This document shows positions 29,193-39,811 of a stretch of 64,000 nt of DNA, one piece after another. Under the pieces are notes generated by a model that saw only the letters and a program-made list of their open reading frames with translations, had not been told where the DNA came from and made no database searches. Numbering within the stretch: position 1 is the first letter of the stretch; every line of letters starts with the position of its first letter. The DNA is from Candidatus Marinacidobacterales bacterium (GTDB lineage: Bacteria; Acidobacteriota; Vicinamibacteria; Marinacidobacterales; SMYC01). The DNA lies in contig OZ240210.1 in assembly GCA_965197495.1 (NCBI GenBank), positions 7,998,481-8,062,480 on the forward strand, in the 5' to 3' direction. The position numbers and the translations under genes were made by a program.

Positions 29193-29288
29193 GCTTGGAC
29201 GAAGTTCGAAAGTGTGAACAAGATCCTCGTTTCTGAGCAGTTAGATGGTAGTGGCGTCTGCCATTCTGCGCCTGTGTATAATCCGCTA

Positions 29289-31238
29289 ATGAGCGAAGGA
29301 GGAGTTCATCGAAAGCTGCGGCGAGCGCTCCGCGACGCGGTCCAAGAGAATTATGGCGTTCTGATCGACGACATCGCGCAAGAGCGACCGCCGAAATCGA
29401 GCTTGGGAGATGCAGCTTTTCCAGTAGCTTTCGATCTCGCTCGGATCGCGAAAATGGCTCCGCGAAAGATCGCTGAGATCTTGGCCCCCGCTCTAGAAAG
29501 CGTCCAAGGTGTGGAACGCGTCGACATCGCGGGCGCGGGCTATCTCAACGTTTTCCTCGACCGAGCAAGCTACGTCGAGGACTTCCTCGCGCCGAGAGCC
29601 GGAGACGAGCCCGAAACGCACGGAAAGACGATCGTCGAGCACACGAACATCAATCCGAACAAAGCCGCTCATATCGGCCATCTCAGAAACGCGGCGCTCG
29701 GCGACAGCTTCGTGCGCGTATTGCGGTACTGCGGTCGCGACGTCGAAGTGCAGAACTACATTGACGATACCGGCGCGCAGGTCGCGGACGTCGTGGTCGG
29801 CTTTCTCCATATCGAGAAGAAAACGCTCGACGACGTGCGCGCCATAGCCGATGAAGGGCGTTTCGACTACGTTTGCTGGGATCTGTATGCACGTGTCTCC
29901 GGTTTCTACGCGGAGGATCGTGAGCGTCTGAAGCTTCGCGAGAACACGCTCAAGGCAATCGAAGAAGGCGCTGCCCCGGAAGGACCCCTCGGCGAGCTGA
30001 TCGCCGAGACGATCGTGCGCTACCACCTCGCGACGATGGAGCGCATCGACGTCCGCTACGACCTTCTGCCTTGGGAGAGCGATATTCTTCAATTGCATTT
30101 CTGGGAACGCGCCTACGAGCTCCTCAAAGAAAAAAAAGCCATCCGGCTCGCGACGAAAGGCAAGAACGAAGGCTGCTGGATCATGGGCCTCGGCACACAA
30201 GGCGAGGAGGCGAGCGAACAAGACGAAAAAGTCATCGTGCGCTCGAACGGAACCGTGACTTACGTCGGCAAGGACATCGCCTATCAAATGTGGAAGTTGG
30301 GGCTTCTCGACCGCCACTTCCAATACGAGACCTTTCACCGCTACCCCGACGGGCACACGGTGTGGTCGACGACGGCGAACGGCGCGAAGGACGCGCCGAG
30401 CTTCGGTGACGGCGAGAGTGTCTACAACGTCATCGACGTTCGGCAAGCCTACCTTCAAGACATCGTGCAGCGCGGCGTCGCCTTGCTCGCTTCGGAACGT
30501 GCGCGAGACCGTTCCCATCACTTTTCTTACGAAATGGTCGCTCTCACACCGGCGACCTGTCGCGAGCTCGGCTTCCCCCTAAGCCCCGAGGAAGAGAAGA
30601 AACCTTACCTCGAAGTGTCGGGACGCAGAGGTCTCGGCGTGAAAGCGGACGATCTGCTCGGCGCACTCGAGGCCAAGGCGCGCGCCGAGGTCGACAAGAG
30701 AAACCCCGAGTTGACAGGAGACGAGCAACGCGACATCGCCAAGGCGATCGCCCGAGGAGCGCTACGCTACTTCATGGTCAAGTACACGAAGAACAAGGTC
30801 ATCGCCTTCGATTTCGATGAAGCCTTGAGCTTCGATGGCGACAGCGGTCCCTATCTGCAATACGCCGCGGTGCGCGCCGCCAAGATCCTTCAGAAGATGA
30901 GCACTTCGTCCGTGGACATCACTTTTCCAGAAACGTTGGCCGAGAGCTTCGAAACCCTCGGCGCCGCGGAAGCGGACGAGATTTGGAGTGTCATGTACGA
31001 AGCGATGGAGCTTCGAGCGATGACGGAGACGGTCTTGCGCACCGAAGAGCCCGCCCATTTGGCGCGATTCGCTTTGGGCCTCGCGCAAAAGTTCAACGGG
31101 TTCTACCACCGCTTCAAGATCGCCACCGAGCCGAACGAAGCGAAGCGCGTGCTGCTTCTTCTAGTGGTACAGCTGTTTCACTGTCAGCACAAAACGGTGC
31201 TCGCGCTGATGGGAATCCCGGTTCCAGACCGTATGTGA
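29289..31238 (+). CDS. argS: Arginine--tRNA ligase. The ORF is open from 29088, but the probable start is MSEGG at 29289.
   Basis: HIGH motif PNKAAHIGHLRNAALGD, class-I aaRS architecture, and a C-terminal anticodon-binding DALR-like region. Confidence 0.9.
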   Translation: MSEGGVHRKLRRALRDAVQENYGVLIDDIAQERPPKSSLGDAAFPVAFDLARIAKMAPRKIAEILAPALESVQGVERVDIAGAGYLNVFLDRASYVEDFLAPRAGDEPETHGKTIVEHTNINPNKAAHIGHLRNAALGDSFVRVLRYCGRDVEVQNYIDDTGAQVADVVVGFLHIEKKTLDDVRAIADEGRFDYVCWDLYARVSGFYAEDRERLKLRENTLKAIEEGAAPEGPLGELIAETIVRYHLATMERIDVRYDLLPWESDILQLHFWERAYELLKEKKAIRLATKGKNEGCWIMGLGTQGEEASEQDEKVIVRSNGTVTYVGKDIAYQMWKLGLLDRHFQYETFHRYPDGHTVWSTTANGAKDAPSFGDGESVYNVIDVRQAYLQDIVQRGVALLASERARDRSHHFSYEMVALTPATCRELGFPLSPEEEKKPYLEVSGRRGLGVKADDLLGALEAKARAEVDKRNPELTGDEQRDIAKAIARGALRYFMVKYTKNKVIAFDFDEALSFDGDSGPYLQYAAVRAAKILQKMSTSSVDITFPETLAESFETLGAAEADEIWSVMYEAMELRAMTETVLRTEEPAHLARFALGLAQKFNGFYHRFKIATEPNEAKRVLLLLVVQLFHCQHKTVLALMGIPVPDRM

Positions 31239-31247
31239 GTTCAATAA

Positions 31248-32024
31248 CTACTGGACCAGGCCGACGTCGATCAGTGGCCAGATTCGCACGAAGGCTTTGC
31301 CGTAAATGTAGCGCTCGGGCACCAGGCCCCAGCTTCGGCTGTCATTGCTTCCGCGCCGATTGTCTCCCAAGACGAAATAATGTCCGGGGCGAATCTCTTG
31401 GCTCGGGTGAGACCTGCGGTCGGCATGCGCGATCGTTACATAGGATTCGTCGATCTGAACCCCATCGACGAAAACGTCCCCGCTTTTGATCTCGACGGTT
31501 TCACCGGGTAGCGCGACTACCCGTTTGATGAAAGACAGCTCTGGGTCTTCCGGATACCAAAAGACCACGACATCTCCACGTGCGATATCGCTGAAGTGAT
31601 ACATGAACTTGTTGACCAGAATCCGCTCGCCGTCTTGAAGCTCCGGGGACATACTCGTGCCCTGCACTTTGAACGCCTGAACCACATAAGTGATTAGCAG
31701 CACGCAGACCACGACCGCGATGGCCAAGTCGTGAATCAGCTCGACGAGCGAGTGAAACGTGCCTTGTTTTGGCGGTGCATCCTCTCCTGCTTCAGGCGGG
31801 TCGAGTGTGTCACGAGGGCTCTCTACCTGCTTCGGCTCGCGCGACAGGGCAGGGTCAGGCTCGAGAACAGCAGCGGCTCGGGACGGGATTGCGGGCTCGG
31901 GCCTGACGGCCTCGCCTTTGGCTTCGTCTTCAATGGCGGTTTTCGGCATCTCGGTGTTCGGGATTGCGATTTTCGACGTCTCGATATTCGGCTCGTTCGG
32001 TGGTAAGCGCGTTGGTGTCGTCAA
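31248..32024 (-). CDS. lepB: Signal peptidase I (S26) with a Pro/Ala/Glu-rich N-terminal extension.
   Basis: GTSMSPEL (the Ser box)...VVFWYPEDPELSFIKRVVALPGE...YFVLGDNRRGSNDSRSWGLV. Confidence 0.8.
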   Translation of the reverse strand: MTTPTRLPPNEPNIETSKIAIPNTEMPKTAIEDEAKGEAVRPEPAIPSRAAAVLEPDPALSREPKQVESPRDTLDPPEAGEDAPPKQGTFHSLVELIHDLAIAVVVCVLLITYVVQAFKVQGTSMSPELQDGERILVNKFMYHFSDIARGDVVVFWYPEDPELSFIKRVVALPGETVEIKSGDVFVDGVQIDESYVTIAHADRRSHPSQEIRPGHYFVLGDNRRGSNDSRSWGLVPERYIYGKAFVRIWPLIDVGLVQ

Positions 32025-33139
32025 AGGTTCCTCATCACGCGGGTGCCGGCGATGCGATCGTGGAGTCCGCGTTTGTCGTCAGAAAAGGCGATCAGGAGGA
32101 ACCCCAATCCCATTATAAGGAAGCTTGCGACGTAGCCTAGTGCTCTGAGCGCGGCGCGTTGATAGCCGATCGGGCTTTCTCCCTCTTCCGATTCAACGAC
32201 GATAGCGAGGAGGCTCTTGCCAGGTGTCGCTCCACGATACCCCCAGAAGAAAACGAAATAGATGAGACAGAGCATCGGAAACGCGATCGCAAGGAGCGGG
32301 AGGCTGAAAGAAGGCACGGAGCGAAGCCCGGTATCCGTGGCGCCCAACGCAAAAGTCCCCCAAACCAACGTCGTCAAAAAGAGAGGAGTCCCCAAGATCA
32401 TGCCGTCCACGACCGCGGCGACAAGTCGAACACCGAACCCAGCGGGCTCTTCGTTCTTCTTGGCGCGCACACCCGGTTTCCAGGGTTTATCGGGCCGGTC
32501 GGGATCGGTGTTCTTGAGATCGAGCTCCGCGGCATCGGCGGGGTGCGGCGACGACACCTTGTCTTTAGCGGGTAGCTCGTGGCCACAATGGCCGCAGAAC
32601 TCCGCAGGGAGCTGTACGCGGCGACCGCAAGCGGTACAAACGGCGACCTGCTTTCTGGCTAGCTCCGCGCCGCACTTCCGGCAAAAACGATCTTTGGTGA
32701 GCGCAGGCGCATCACAGGACGGGCAGCGCAACTTCCCGCTCGGGCTACCCTTGTCCGCTTCGGCGTTTCGCACATCGGACGCGGCTTTCGCGCTCGCCTC
32801 GCCGTCCTCCGCGGGCGGATCGGTCGCGGCGGCCCCCAAACCTCGCGGAGTGTCGAGTTGAAAGAGCAGACGAGCGGAGCCGATCGCGACGAGATCGCCG
32901 TCTCGCAAAGTGTGCTCGCTATCCACCTTGTCGCCGTTCACCAGCGTGCCGTTAGCGCTGCCGTTGTCGCGCAGGACGAAAACATCGTCGCGCTGCTCTA
33001 GAATCGCGTGGCGGCGCGAGACCATCGAGTCCGACAAGACGAGATCATTCGACGGATCACAGCCAATCGAGATCACTCGAGCAGCAATCGAGATCTCTTT
33101 CTTGTTGCCGGAGGTCGGGTTGACGACGAGCTTGGGCAA
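32021..33139 (-). CDS. FHA domain – double zinc-ribbon – RDD-family membrane protein.
   Basis: N-terminal FHA (ISIGCDPSNDLVLSDSMVSRRHAIL...GSANGTLVNG). CPSC...CRKCG / CTACG...CGHCG zinc ribbons. C-terminal RDD (GATPGKSLLAI...RGLHDRIAGTRV). Confidence 0.7.
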   Translation of the reverse strand: MPKLVVNPTSGNKKEISIAARVISIGCDPSNDLVLSDSMVSRRHAILEQRDDVFVLRDNGSANGTLVNGDKVDSEHTLRDGDLVAIGSARLLFQLDTPRGLGAAATDPPAEDGEASAKAASDVRNAEADKGSPSGKLRCPSCDAPALTKDRFCRKCGAELARKQVAVCTACGRRVQLPAEFCGHCGHELPAKDKVSSPHPADAAELDLKNTDPDRPDKPWKPGVRAKKNEEPAGFGVRLVAAVVDGMILGTPLFLTTLVWGTFALGATDTGLRSVPSFSLPLLAIAFPMLCLIYFVFFWGYRGATPGKSLLAIVVESEEGESPIGYQRAALRALGYVASFLIMGLGFLLIAFSDDKRGLHDRIAGTRVMRNL

Positions 33140-33144
33140 AGTGT

Positions 33145-33609
33145 CTACCTACCCCGTCGAAATCGAAAGCGCTGAATCCAGCGTATCCTCACAGGGACCC
33201 CGTTCTTGGTCGCCGGTTGATAGCGCCATTCTTGGACTGCCCGGGTCGCGTTGGCGTCGAACATCTCGCCGCCCGACTTTTGAACCGTGACATCTTGGAC
33301 CGCGCCGTTTTCGTCGATGACATAGCTCAGCTCGACCAACCCTTCCATTCCTCGTCGCCGCGCCTCTTCTGGATAGGGGGCTGCTCTACACTCGAGACAT
33401 TTGGGATCGATAACACCAGAGTCCCCGCGCTCGACGAGCGTCCCAGATGAGACCGATGCGACCTTCGGCGCTTTTGTCGTCGGCGACGGGGAGGGGTTAC
33501 GCGCGGCACGACCATCCCGCGTCAACATCGCGTCGACATGGTGTCCGCACAATCGGGCCAGACGATCAATGTCTTCCCACGGCAAATAGCCTCGACGCTC
33601 AATGCGCAC
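33145..33609 (-). CDS. TonB C-terminal-domain protein. The true start is probably M at ~33528; the annotated start would overlap the upstream kinase by 88 nt.
   Basis: PYPEEARRRGMEGLVELSYVIDENGAVQDVTVQKSGGEMFDANATRAVQEWRYQP matches the TonB_C fold consensus. Confidence 0.5.
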   Translation of the reverse strand: MRIERRGYLPWEDIDRLARLCGHHVDAMLTRDGRAARNPSPSPTTKAPKVASVSSGTLVERGDSGVIDPKCLECRAAPYPEEARRRGMEGLVELSYVIDENGAVQDVTVQKSGGEMFDANATRAVQEWRYQPATKNGVPVRIRWIQRFRFRRGR

Positions 33610-35513
33610 GACCCGGTTCCCTGGAGGGACCCCGTACTTTTCTGTGGGTGTCGTCCCGACCCTCTGGCCGTCGATGGCAACCCGCGCGCCGCCGGTACCA
33701 GCACCAGTTCGAAGTTCGCGAGAGGCTCTTCTCCCGTCAACGCGGCGCTGAGCTCTTCCGGAAGATAGCCCGATCGTTCGACTCTCAGCGCGTAGTCACC
33801 AAACGGGAGTGCTTCGAGCTCGAGGGGCGTGGTGCCGCGTTTCACACCGTCGAGAAAGACAAGAGCGCCCTCCGGTTCCGTCGTCACCGTCAACGTACCG
33901 GATTCGACGGCCGTCGACGCGGTCACAGCGTCCGGGATCGGCTCTCCGCCCGAAAAAATGAGGAACAAAGCGAAAATCATCGCAACGAAGACCCCCGCTC
34001 CGAGAGCCAGCCGCCTGGGAGGCAAAGCACGCAGCCTGGCAATAGCAGTCCGGGCAGTCCGGGCGGGCGGGCCTTGGATGACGGTTTCGTCCGCCGCGTC
34101 GAAGGCGCGGAGCGTTTCGTCCAGCTCGGTTTCCGCGTACAAAGTCGCTTCAACGTCACCCCGCGGAGCCATGAGCACCGTGTCCTCGCCGATTTCTTCC
34201 TCGCTCGGTCGGGCCTCGCGGTTCGTATCCGCCGACACGTCGACGAGCGTGCGATCACGCCTGAGGGTCATCGTCACGCCTTCGAGCGATTCGTCTCGGC
34301 CGGCCGCGGTGGGGGCGCTTTCGGTGGCGAGCGCGTCAACGGATAGGACCACGGTATCGCTCGAGGCATTCTCAACTGGCTCAACTGGCTCAACTGGCTC
34401 AACTGGCTCAACTGGCTCAACTGGCTCAACTGGCTCAACTGGCTCAACTGGCTCAACTGGCTCAACTGGCTCAACTGGCTCAACTGGCTCAACTGGCTCA
34501 ACCGGCTCAACCGGCTCAACCGGTTCAACCGGCGTCGACGACACCGAGCGAACGGGGGCGGCGTCGAAGCGAACATCTTTCATGACGATGGTCTCGCCCT
34601 CGAGACCACCGAACCAGGACCCGAGGCAATGTTCGAGGTGCACGACGAACTCCGCTGCCGTGGAAAAACGCTCGTCCGCCTCTTTCGCGAGCACTATCGA
34701 GAAAACGTCGTGCCATTTGTCGGGCAGAAGACCCAACACTTCCAAATCGTCCGGGCGGACGGGATCGGCGTGGACAAGCTTGTATAGGATCGACGTGACG
34801 TTGTTGCCCGGAAAAGGTTGCTGTCCGGAGAGCATCTCGAACGCAACGACACCGAGCGAAAAAATGTCGCTCCGGCCGTCGAGATCCTCTCCCATCGCTT
34901 GCTCCGGTGACATGTAGCTCGGTGTCCCAAGCATGAGGCCCGAGTTCGTCATATCGGCATCCATGAGCTTCGCGATCCCGAAATCCGCGACTTTCACTTT
35001 CTCGCCGCCAAACACAATAATGTTGGACGGTTTGATGTCGCGATGGATGACACCTTCGCCATGGGCGTAGTCGAGCGCGCTCCCGATCTGGGAGACGAGA
35101 CCGACGACGACTGCGGGGCGGAGCTTTTCACCTTCGAGCAAGTCGGCGACGGTCTCGCCCTCGATGAACTCCATCGCAAGCCAGGGAAGCTGGTCGTCCG
35201 TGTGGCCGACATCGTAGAGAGTGATGATGTTCGGGTGCGACAAACGGCCCGCGGTGCGCGCCTCTGTCGCAAAGCGTTCGAGAAAAGCTTTGTAATCAGG
35301 ACTCTGCGACGGCACATCGACGCGCAACGTTTTCACCGCGACGGGTCGCTTGATCAGCGGGTCGAAGGCTTTGTAGACTGCTCCCATGGCACCGAAACCG
35401 ACCGCCTCGATGATCTCGTAGCGGTCGATCTTCTTCGGGATTTGGGCACCACGCTGCGTCAACGGGGTTCTCCTGTCGTACGGCTCGAATCTCTGGTCAG
35501 AACCGCCGGGCAC
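33522..35513 (-). CDS. Ser/Thr protein kinase with a 21x VEP tandem repeat, a TM segment and a C-terminal PEGA domain.
   Basis: Kinase motifs [29 protein letters not shown]. The DNA repeat (ggctcaact)n at 34370-34533 encodes (VEP)n. The C-terminus [35 protein letters not shown] is a PEGA domain. Confidence 0.8.
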   Translation of the reverse strand: MPGGSDQRFEPYDRRTPLTQRGAQIPKKIDRYEIIEAVGFGAMGAVYKAFDPLIKRPVAVKTLRVDVPSQSPDYKAFLERFATEARTAGRLSHPNIITLYDVGHTDDQLPWLAMEFIEGETVADLLEGEKLRPAVVVGLVSQIGSALDYAHGEGVIHRDIKPSNIIVFGGEKVKVADFGIAKLMDADMTNSGLMLGTPSYMSPEQAMGEDLDGRSDIFSLGVVAFEMLSGQQPFPGNNVTSILYKLVHADPVRPDDLEVLGLLPDKWHDVFSIVLAKEADERFSTAAEFVVHLEHCLGSWFGGLEGETIVMKDVRFDAAPVRSVSSTPVEPVEPVEPVEPVEPVEPVEPVEPVEPVEPVEPVEPVEPVEPVEPVEPVEPVENASSDTVVLSVDALATESAPTAAGRDESLEGVTMTLRRDRTLVDVSADTNREARPSEEEIGEDTVLMAPRGDVEATLYAETELDETLRAFDAADETVIQGPPARTARTAIARLRALPPRRLALGAGVFVAMIFALFLIFSGGEPIPDAVTASTAVESGTLTVTTEPEGALVFLDGVKRGTTPLELEALPFGDYALRVERSGYLPEELSAALTGEEPLANFELVLVPAARGLPSTARGSGRHPQKSTGSLQGTGSCALSVEAICRGKTLIVWPDCADTMSTRC

Positions 35514-35603
35514 GCCTGCCCAATGTACAGTTAAGTTACTCTAACATAACCTTTTAACAGGTGTCAACGCGCCCGAGCCTGGCCTCACGTCATTGAGAAC
35601 GCT

Positions 35604-37265
35604 ATGATAGATGGGCCTTACGCTAGCTTGGAGCCGCCGAGAATTTCCATGCCGCACATTTCTACTCTCGATTACCGCAAGTTGCCCTCTTACAAGCCCC
35701 TCTTCCTCGACTACCTGAACAAGTTCGACGCCCTTTCACCTTTCTTCGCCGCCGATCCGTTCGATGCGGCCGCGTGGGGCGATGTGGCGGCGAAGCTCGA
35801 GGGCAAGAGCGCCACCCTCGGCCCACTGCGAAAGCTCAATGTCTCGCTGGGGGCCGACGAATCTGCCCTCGCATCGCTCGACGCACTCTCCGATGGCGCG
35901 CTCGTGGTCGTGAGCGGACAACAAGTCGGAATTTTCGGTGGGCCGCTCTACACGATCGCGAAAGCCCTCACCGCCGTGCGGCTCGCCGGCCTCGCCGAGC
36001 AACGGCTCGAAAGACGGGTTGTGCCGCTGTTTTGGATGGACGCAGACGATCACGATTTCGCCGAGGTTCAAAAGACCTCCATGCTCACACGCGGGAACGA
36101 GCTCTTGGACCTCCGCTACGAGCCGCCTCTGGCGCACGGTCGTCAGTCGGTTGGGCAGCTAGCGCTCGCGCCCGAGATCAGCGCCGTGATCGACGAGGCC
36201 GGCGAGGCGCTCGCCGACAGCGAGTTCAAACAAGACGTGCTCACGTCTCTCCGCTCGAGCTACGCCCCGGGGCGGTCGATGGCCGATGCTTTCGGCGCAT
36301 GGCTGCTCCGCATGACGCGCGGGACGGGGCTGGCCGTCGTCGACCCGACACTCCCCGAGCTCAAGGCCATCGGCACCGCGCTCTTTGAGCGCGAGCTCGA
36401 GGAGGGGTCCGAAAGCAGCGCAATCCTCAGGAAGACGAGTGAAGAGCTCGTCGCCCGCGGTTATCACGTCCAGGCGAGCCCTACAGACGGACAGCTGAAT
36501 CTTTTCTACGCGCATCCCGACAGAACCGCGATCGGCGTGTCGGAAGGCGGCATGCGTCTCGCCGCGGACGGAAACACTGTGTCGAAAGAGGACGTTCTAA
36601 GGCGGCTCCGGGACGAGCCAAGCCGTTTCAGCCCCAACGTATTACTGCGGCCTATCTATCAGGACACTTTACTTCCGACGCTCGCCTATGTCGCCGGCCC
36701 CAGCGAGATCGCCTATTTCGCCCAGCTCCGGGGCCTTTACGAGCATTTCGGCGTCGTCATGCCGCTCATCGCGTCACGTGCGAGCTTCACGATCGTCGAG
36801 CGCGCGCCAGCTCGCTTCCTCGAGCGCTACGACGTCCCGTTCGTGGAGCTCAAATCAAACGACGAATCGATTCTGAACGACATCTTGCGTCAACACACCC
36901 CACCACAGCTCGACGAAGATCTCACGCGCGCTCGAAATTGCATTGAAGACATCACGCGCGCGCTCGAGCGCGATCTCGCCCCCGTCGACGCGAGCCTCGT
37001 GCCGACGGTCAAATCGACGCGCGGCAAGCTGCTGCACCACCTCACGGAGCTCGAGTCGAAGGCGCTTCGCGCGGTGAAGCGCAAGAACGAGACCGTGCGC
37101 CATCAATTTCTTGCTGCACGGACGGCGCTGTTCCCGGGCTTCGCGTTCCAGGAGCGCCGTCTATCCCCTCTCGGATTTCTCGCAAAATATGGTTGGCACT
37201 TCGCCACGATGATCGAAGAGAGCGTCGACCCGCAGTCCAGGACCCACACGCTGTTCTACCCGTGA
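35604..37265 (+). CDS. BshC-like protein (putative bacillithiol biosynthesis cysteine-adding enzyme family, DUF472).
   Basis: VVSGQQVGIFGGPLYTIAKALTAVRLA resembles the conserved BshC GQQ motif. It is ~540 aa with C-terminal coiled-coil, matching the family. Confidence 0.55.
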   Translation: MIDGPYASLEPPRISMPHISTLDYRKLPSYKPLFLDYLNKFDALSPFFAADPFDAAAWGDVAAKLEGKSATLGPLRKLNVSLGADESALASLDALSDGALVVVSGQQVGIFGGPLYTIAKALTAVRLAGLAEQRLERRVVPLFWMDADDHDFAEVQKTSMLTRGNELLDLRYEPPLAHGRQSVGQLALAPEISAVIDEAGEALADSEFKQDVLTSLRSSYAPGRSMADAFGAWLLRMTRGTGLAVVDPTLPELKAIGTALFERELEEGSESSAILRKTSEELVARGYHVQASPTDGQLNLFYAHPDRTAIGVSEGGMRLAADGNTVSKEDVLRRLRDEPSRFSPNVLLRPIYQDTLLPTLAYVAGPSEIAYFAQLRGLYEHFGVVMPLIASRASFTIVERAPARFLERYDVPFVELKSNDESILNDILRQHTPPQLDEDLTRARNCIEDITRALERDLAPVDASLVPTVKSTRGKLLHHLTELESKALRAVKRKNETVRHQFLAARTALFPGFAFQERRLSPLGFLAKYGWHFATMIEESVDPQSRTHTLFYP

Positions 37266-37312
37266 TTGGATGTATAAGTTCGAGCTGCGGACGATCGGCA
37301 AAGAACTCTCAA

Positions 37313-37681
37313 TCAGCAACGGTAGTCGTAGACCTGTTTGTCGTCCTGAATCGGTCCCACGATCTCCTTGACGAATCGCTGGTGCTGGGGATGCACCTGG
37401 TACGCCTTTAGAGCCGCCTCGTCCTCGAAATCCATGATGAGTGCGATGGGATGCGATCGCTCGGACTTCACCCCCAAGCCGGATCCCACGCGCAAGTTCT
37501 GAACGCCGGGTATCGGTCCGAGAACTTCACGCGCCTCGTTGATGAAGGCGTCGGTTTGCTGCGGAGTGATGTCCGCCTTGAGCCGCAGGAGTACGAAATG
37601 GTGGAGCATGGTGGCCCTCCAGAGAGCCATCTTATCAAGCTCGCGGCGCGGGCCCTCAGGCCGTCCGTGCGAGGCTCGCAA
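37313..37681 (-). CDS. Dabb (stress-responsive dimeric alpha+beta barrel) domain protein. The likely start is MLHHFVLLRLK at ~37609.
   Basis: HHFVLLRLKADITPQQTDAFINEAREVLGPIPGV...VHPQHQRFV is the Dabb signature. Confidence 0.55.
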   Translation of the reverse strand: MRASHGRPEGPRRELDKMALWRATMLHHFVLLRLKADITPQQTDAFINEAREVLGPIPGVQNLRVGSGLGVKSERSHPIALIMDFEDEAALKAYQVHPQHQRFVKEIVGPIQDDKQVYDYRC

Positions 37682-38417
37682 ACAAGAGGTGACGGCCGAG
37701 ACGTTTCCGCAACGTGCGCACCGCTTTTTTGTGAATCTGCGAGACCCGAGACTCGTTCACACCGAGAACCTCGCCCACCCCTTTCATGGTGAGGTCTTCG
37801 TAGTAGTAAAGCGTCATCACGAGCCGCTCCTTCTCGGTGAGGCTCTCGACGAGAATCCGGAATAGCTCGCGATGGGCCAAAACTTCGTGGGGATCGATCG
37901 CGTTCGGATCGCGCACAAGGCTGTCGAGCTCGTCGGTGCTTTCCACCATCTCGGCGGCCGGCTGTGAACGACTGAGGTCGCTGACGGCGAGGTCGAGCTC
38001 GGCGGCAAGCTCCGTTTCACTCGGCGAACGTCCCAAGCGCGCCTCGAGCCTCTCGGACGCCGCTTCGAGCTCGCGCCGGCGACGCCTCACGGAGCGAGGC
38101 ACCCAATCGAGCTCACGCAGGCCGTCGAGGATGGAGCCTCGAATGCGCAGCTCAGCATAGGTCGAGAAACGAACGCCCTTCGCCTCGTCGTATTTCGACG
38201 CGGCATCGAGTAGCCCGAGAACCCCCGCCTGGGTCAGATCGGAAAGCTCCACTTGCATGGGCAGGCGGCTCGCGACTTGTAGCGCGACGCGGCGTACGAG
38301 AGGCAAGGATTTCTGGACGAGCGTATCGCGCGGCGTGCGCATGCTTTCAATGATGCAAGAAGACTGCCAGGGAAAAGCGTATGGAAATGAGGAATTTGAT
38401 GGAACAGGTGGGGGCAA
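37656..38417 (-). CDS. RNA polymerase sigma factor, FliA/WhiG (sigma-28) subfamily. The probable start is MRTPRD at ~38343.
   Basis: Region 2 (LPLVRRVALQV...), region 3, and region 4 (LTEKERLVMTLYYYEDLTMKGVGEVLGVNESRVSQIHKKAVRTLR). Confidence 0.75.
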   Translation of the reverse strand: MPPPVPSNSSFPYAFPWQSSCIIESMRTPRDTLVQKSLPLVRRVALQVASRLPMQVELSDLTQAGVLGLLDAASKYDEAKGVRFSTYAELRIRGSILDGLRELDWVPRSVRRRRRELEAASERLEARLGRSPSETELAAELDLAVSDLSRSQPAAEMVESTDELDSLVRDPNAIDPHEVLAHRELFRILVESLTEKERLVMTLYYYEDLTMKGVGEVLGVNESRVSQIHKKAVRTLRKRLGRHLLFASLARTA

Positions 38418-38458
38418 AACCCCTTAGCTTGGATTTAAATGCGCGATGTTCAGAAACA

Positions 38459-39811
38459 TCACGCGACGGCCTCGTCGGCCTCAATCGCGGTCGAGTCGAT
38501 CTCGCCTTCCGCGGCCGCGACATAGCTCGCGTTCACGAGGTGCCCGATGAGATTGGTCGACGAGCGCGCCATATCGAGCGGCCGCTCGACGCCGAGGATG
38601 AGGGCGGCGCCTTCGAGAGGCAGCCCAAGCGCGGCGAGGATGATCGTCAAGTTCACGAAGCTCGCGGCGGGTACGGAGGCGACGGCGAGCGCCGATAGCA
38701 TCGCGGTAAAGATGAGCGTCCCCAAATCCTGGGCGCCGAGCGTGACACCGTAGACCTGCGCGATGAACATCACGGAGATCCCCTGGTACATGGCACTTCC
38801 GTCGCGGCCTATCGCCGCACCGAGCGGTATAACAAAGCTCGCGACGCGCGAGGAGATCCCCATCCCTTTCTGCATCGTCGACAGCGAAACGGGCAGTGCC
38901 GCGGCCGTCGAGCACGTGGCGAAGGCAATGAGAAGAGGAGGTTTAGCGGCATCGACGAAACGCTTCGGACTCTGGCGCGCCACGACGCGAAGCATCACGC
39001 CGTAAACGAAGACGATATGCAATATCAGTGCGAGCACGACGACACCGACATAGGCCGAGAGGCTGAGGAGCACCGAAAGACCGGAGCGACCCACGACCGC
39101 CGCCATGAGACCGAAGATGCCGAACGGCGCAAGCTCGAGGATCCAGCCTGTCACTTTGAAGAGCGTCTCGGCGAGGCTTCTCGCAAGCTCGACCACCGGC
39201 TTGCGGCGATCTTCGGGAAGCGCGCTCGCGGCGAGACCGAGCAAAATCGACACGAGCAGAATCTGCAGCACGTTGCCTTCCGCCGCTGCGCGCACCGGGT
39301 TGTCCGGCACAATAGCGAGAATCGTATCGACGATCGCATCGACGACAGATGGCTTCGGCGCATTGGAGTCCACGACCGGGATGGCTTTGCCCTCGAGCAG
39401 CGCGCTCCGTGCTTCCGAGGAGAGCATCTTCCCAGGCTGGATCACGTGGCCCACCGCGATGCCGATACACAGGGCCACAAAGAGGCTGATTACGATGAAA
39501 CCGAAGGCACGCACACCCATCCGTCCGAGCGCGGACCGGCCCGGGAGACCCGCAATGGCCATGATGAGCGACGAGGCAATGAGCGGAACGATGACCATGC
39601 GGATGAGCTTGATGAACAAAGTCCCGAGCGGCTCGAGGACCGACGCGCTCGGCCCGGCCACGACGCCGACGAGGACGCCGGCGAGAAGCCCGATCGCGAC
39701 GCGGTTGTGGATCTTCAAAGCGGTCCGGAACTTATCACAATCACGGCCGTTCGACCCAAACCAAAAAATGGCCACAGAGACACGGAGGCACAGCGGCGGA
39801 GCCGCAACCAA
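38459..39811 (-). CDS. Dicarboxylate/amino-acid:cation symporter (DAACS; GltP/DctA-like). The annotated ATG lies inside the hairpin repeat; a TTG start at ~39722 (MKIHNRVAIGLL) is plausible.
   Basis: LGTLFIKLIRMVIVPLIASSLIMAIAGL..., 8-10 TM, and the conserved GAAIGRDGSAM region. Confidence 0.8.
   Translation of the reverse strand: MVAAPPLCLRVSVAIFWFGSNGRDCDKFRTALKIHNRVAIGLLAGVLVGVVAGPSASVLEPLGTLFIKLIRMVIVPLIASSLIMAIAGLPGRSALGRMGVRAFGFIVISLFVALCIGIAVGHVIQPGKMLSSEARSALLEGKAIPVVDSNAPKPSVVDAIVDTILAIVPDNPVRAAAEGNVLQILLVSILLGLAASALPEDRRKPVVELARSLAETLFKVTGWILELAPFGIFGLMAAVVGRSGLSVLLSLSAYVGVVVLALILHIVFVYGVMLRVVARQSPKRFVDAAKPPLLIAFATCSTAAALPVSLSTMQKGMGISSRVASFVIPLGAAIGRDGSAMYQGISVMFIAQVYGVTLGAQDLGTLIFTAMLSALAVASVPAASFVNLTIILAALGLPLEGAALILGVERPLDMARSSTNLIGHLVNASYVAAAEGEIDSTAIEADEAVA

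Noticed and set aside
34370-34533. A CRISPR-like array signalled by the regular short repeats.
   Set aside because: The period is 9 bp with no spacers, and the repeats lie inside an intact kinase reading frame encoding (VEP)n. It is a coding tandem repeat. No cas genes are present.
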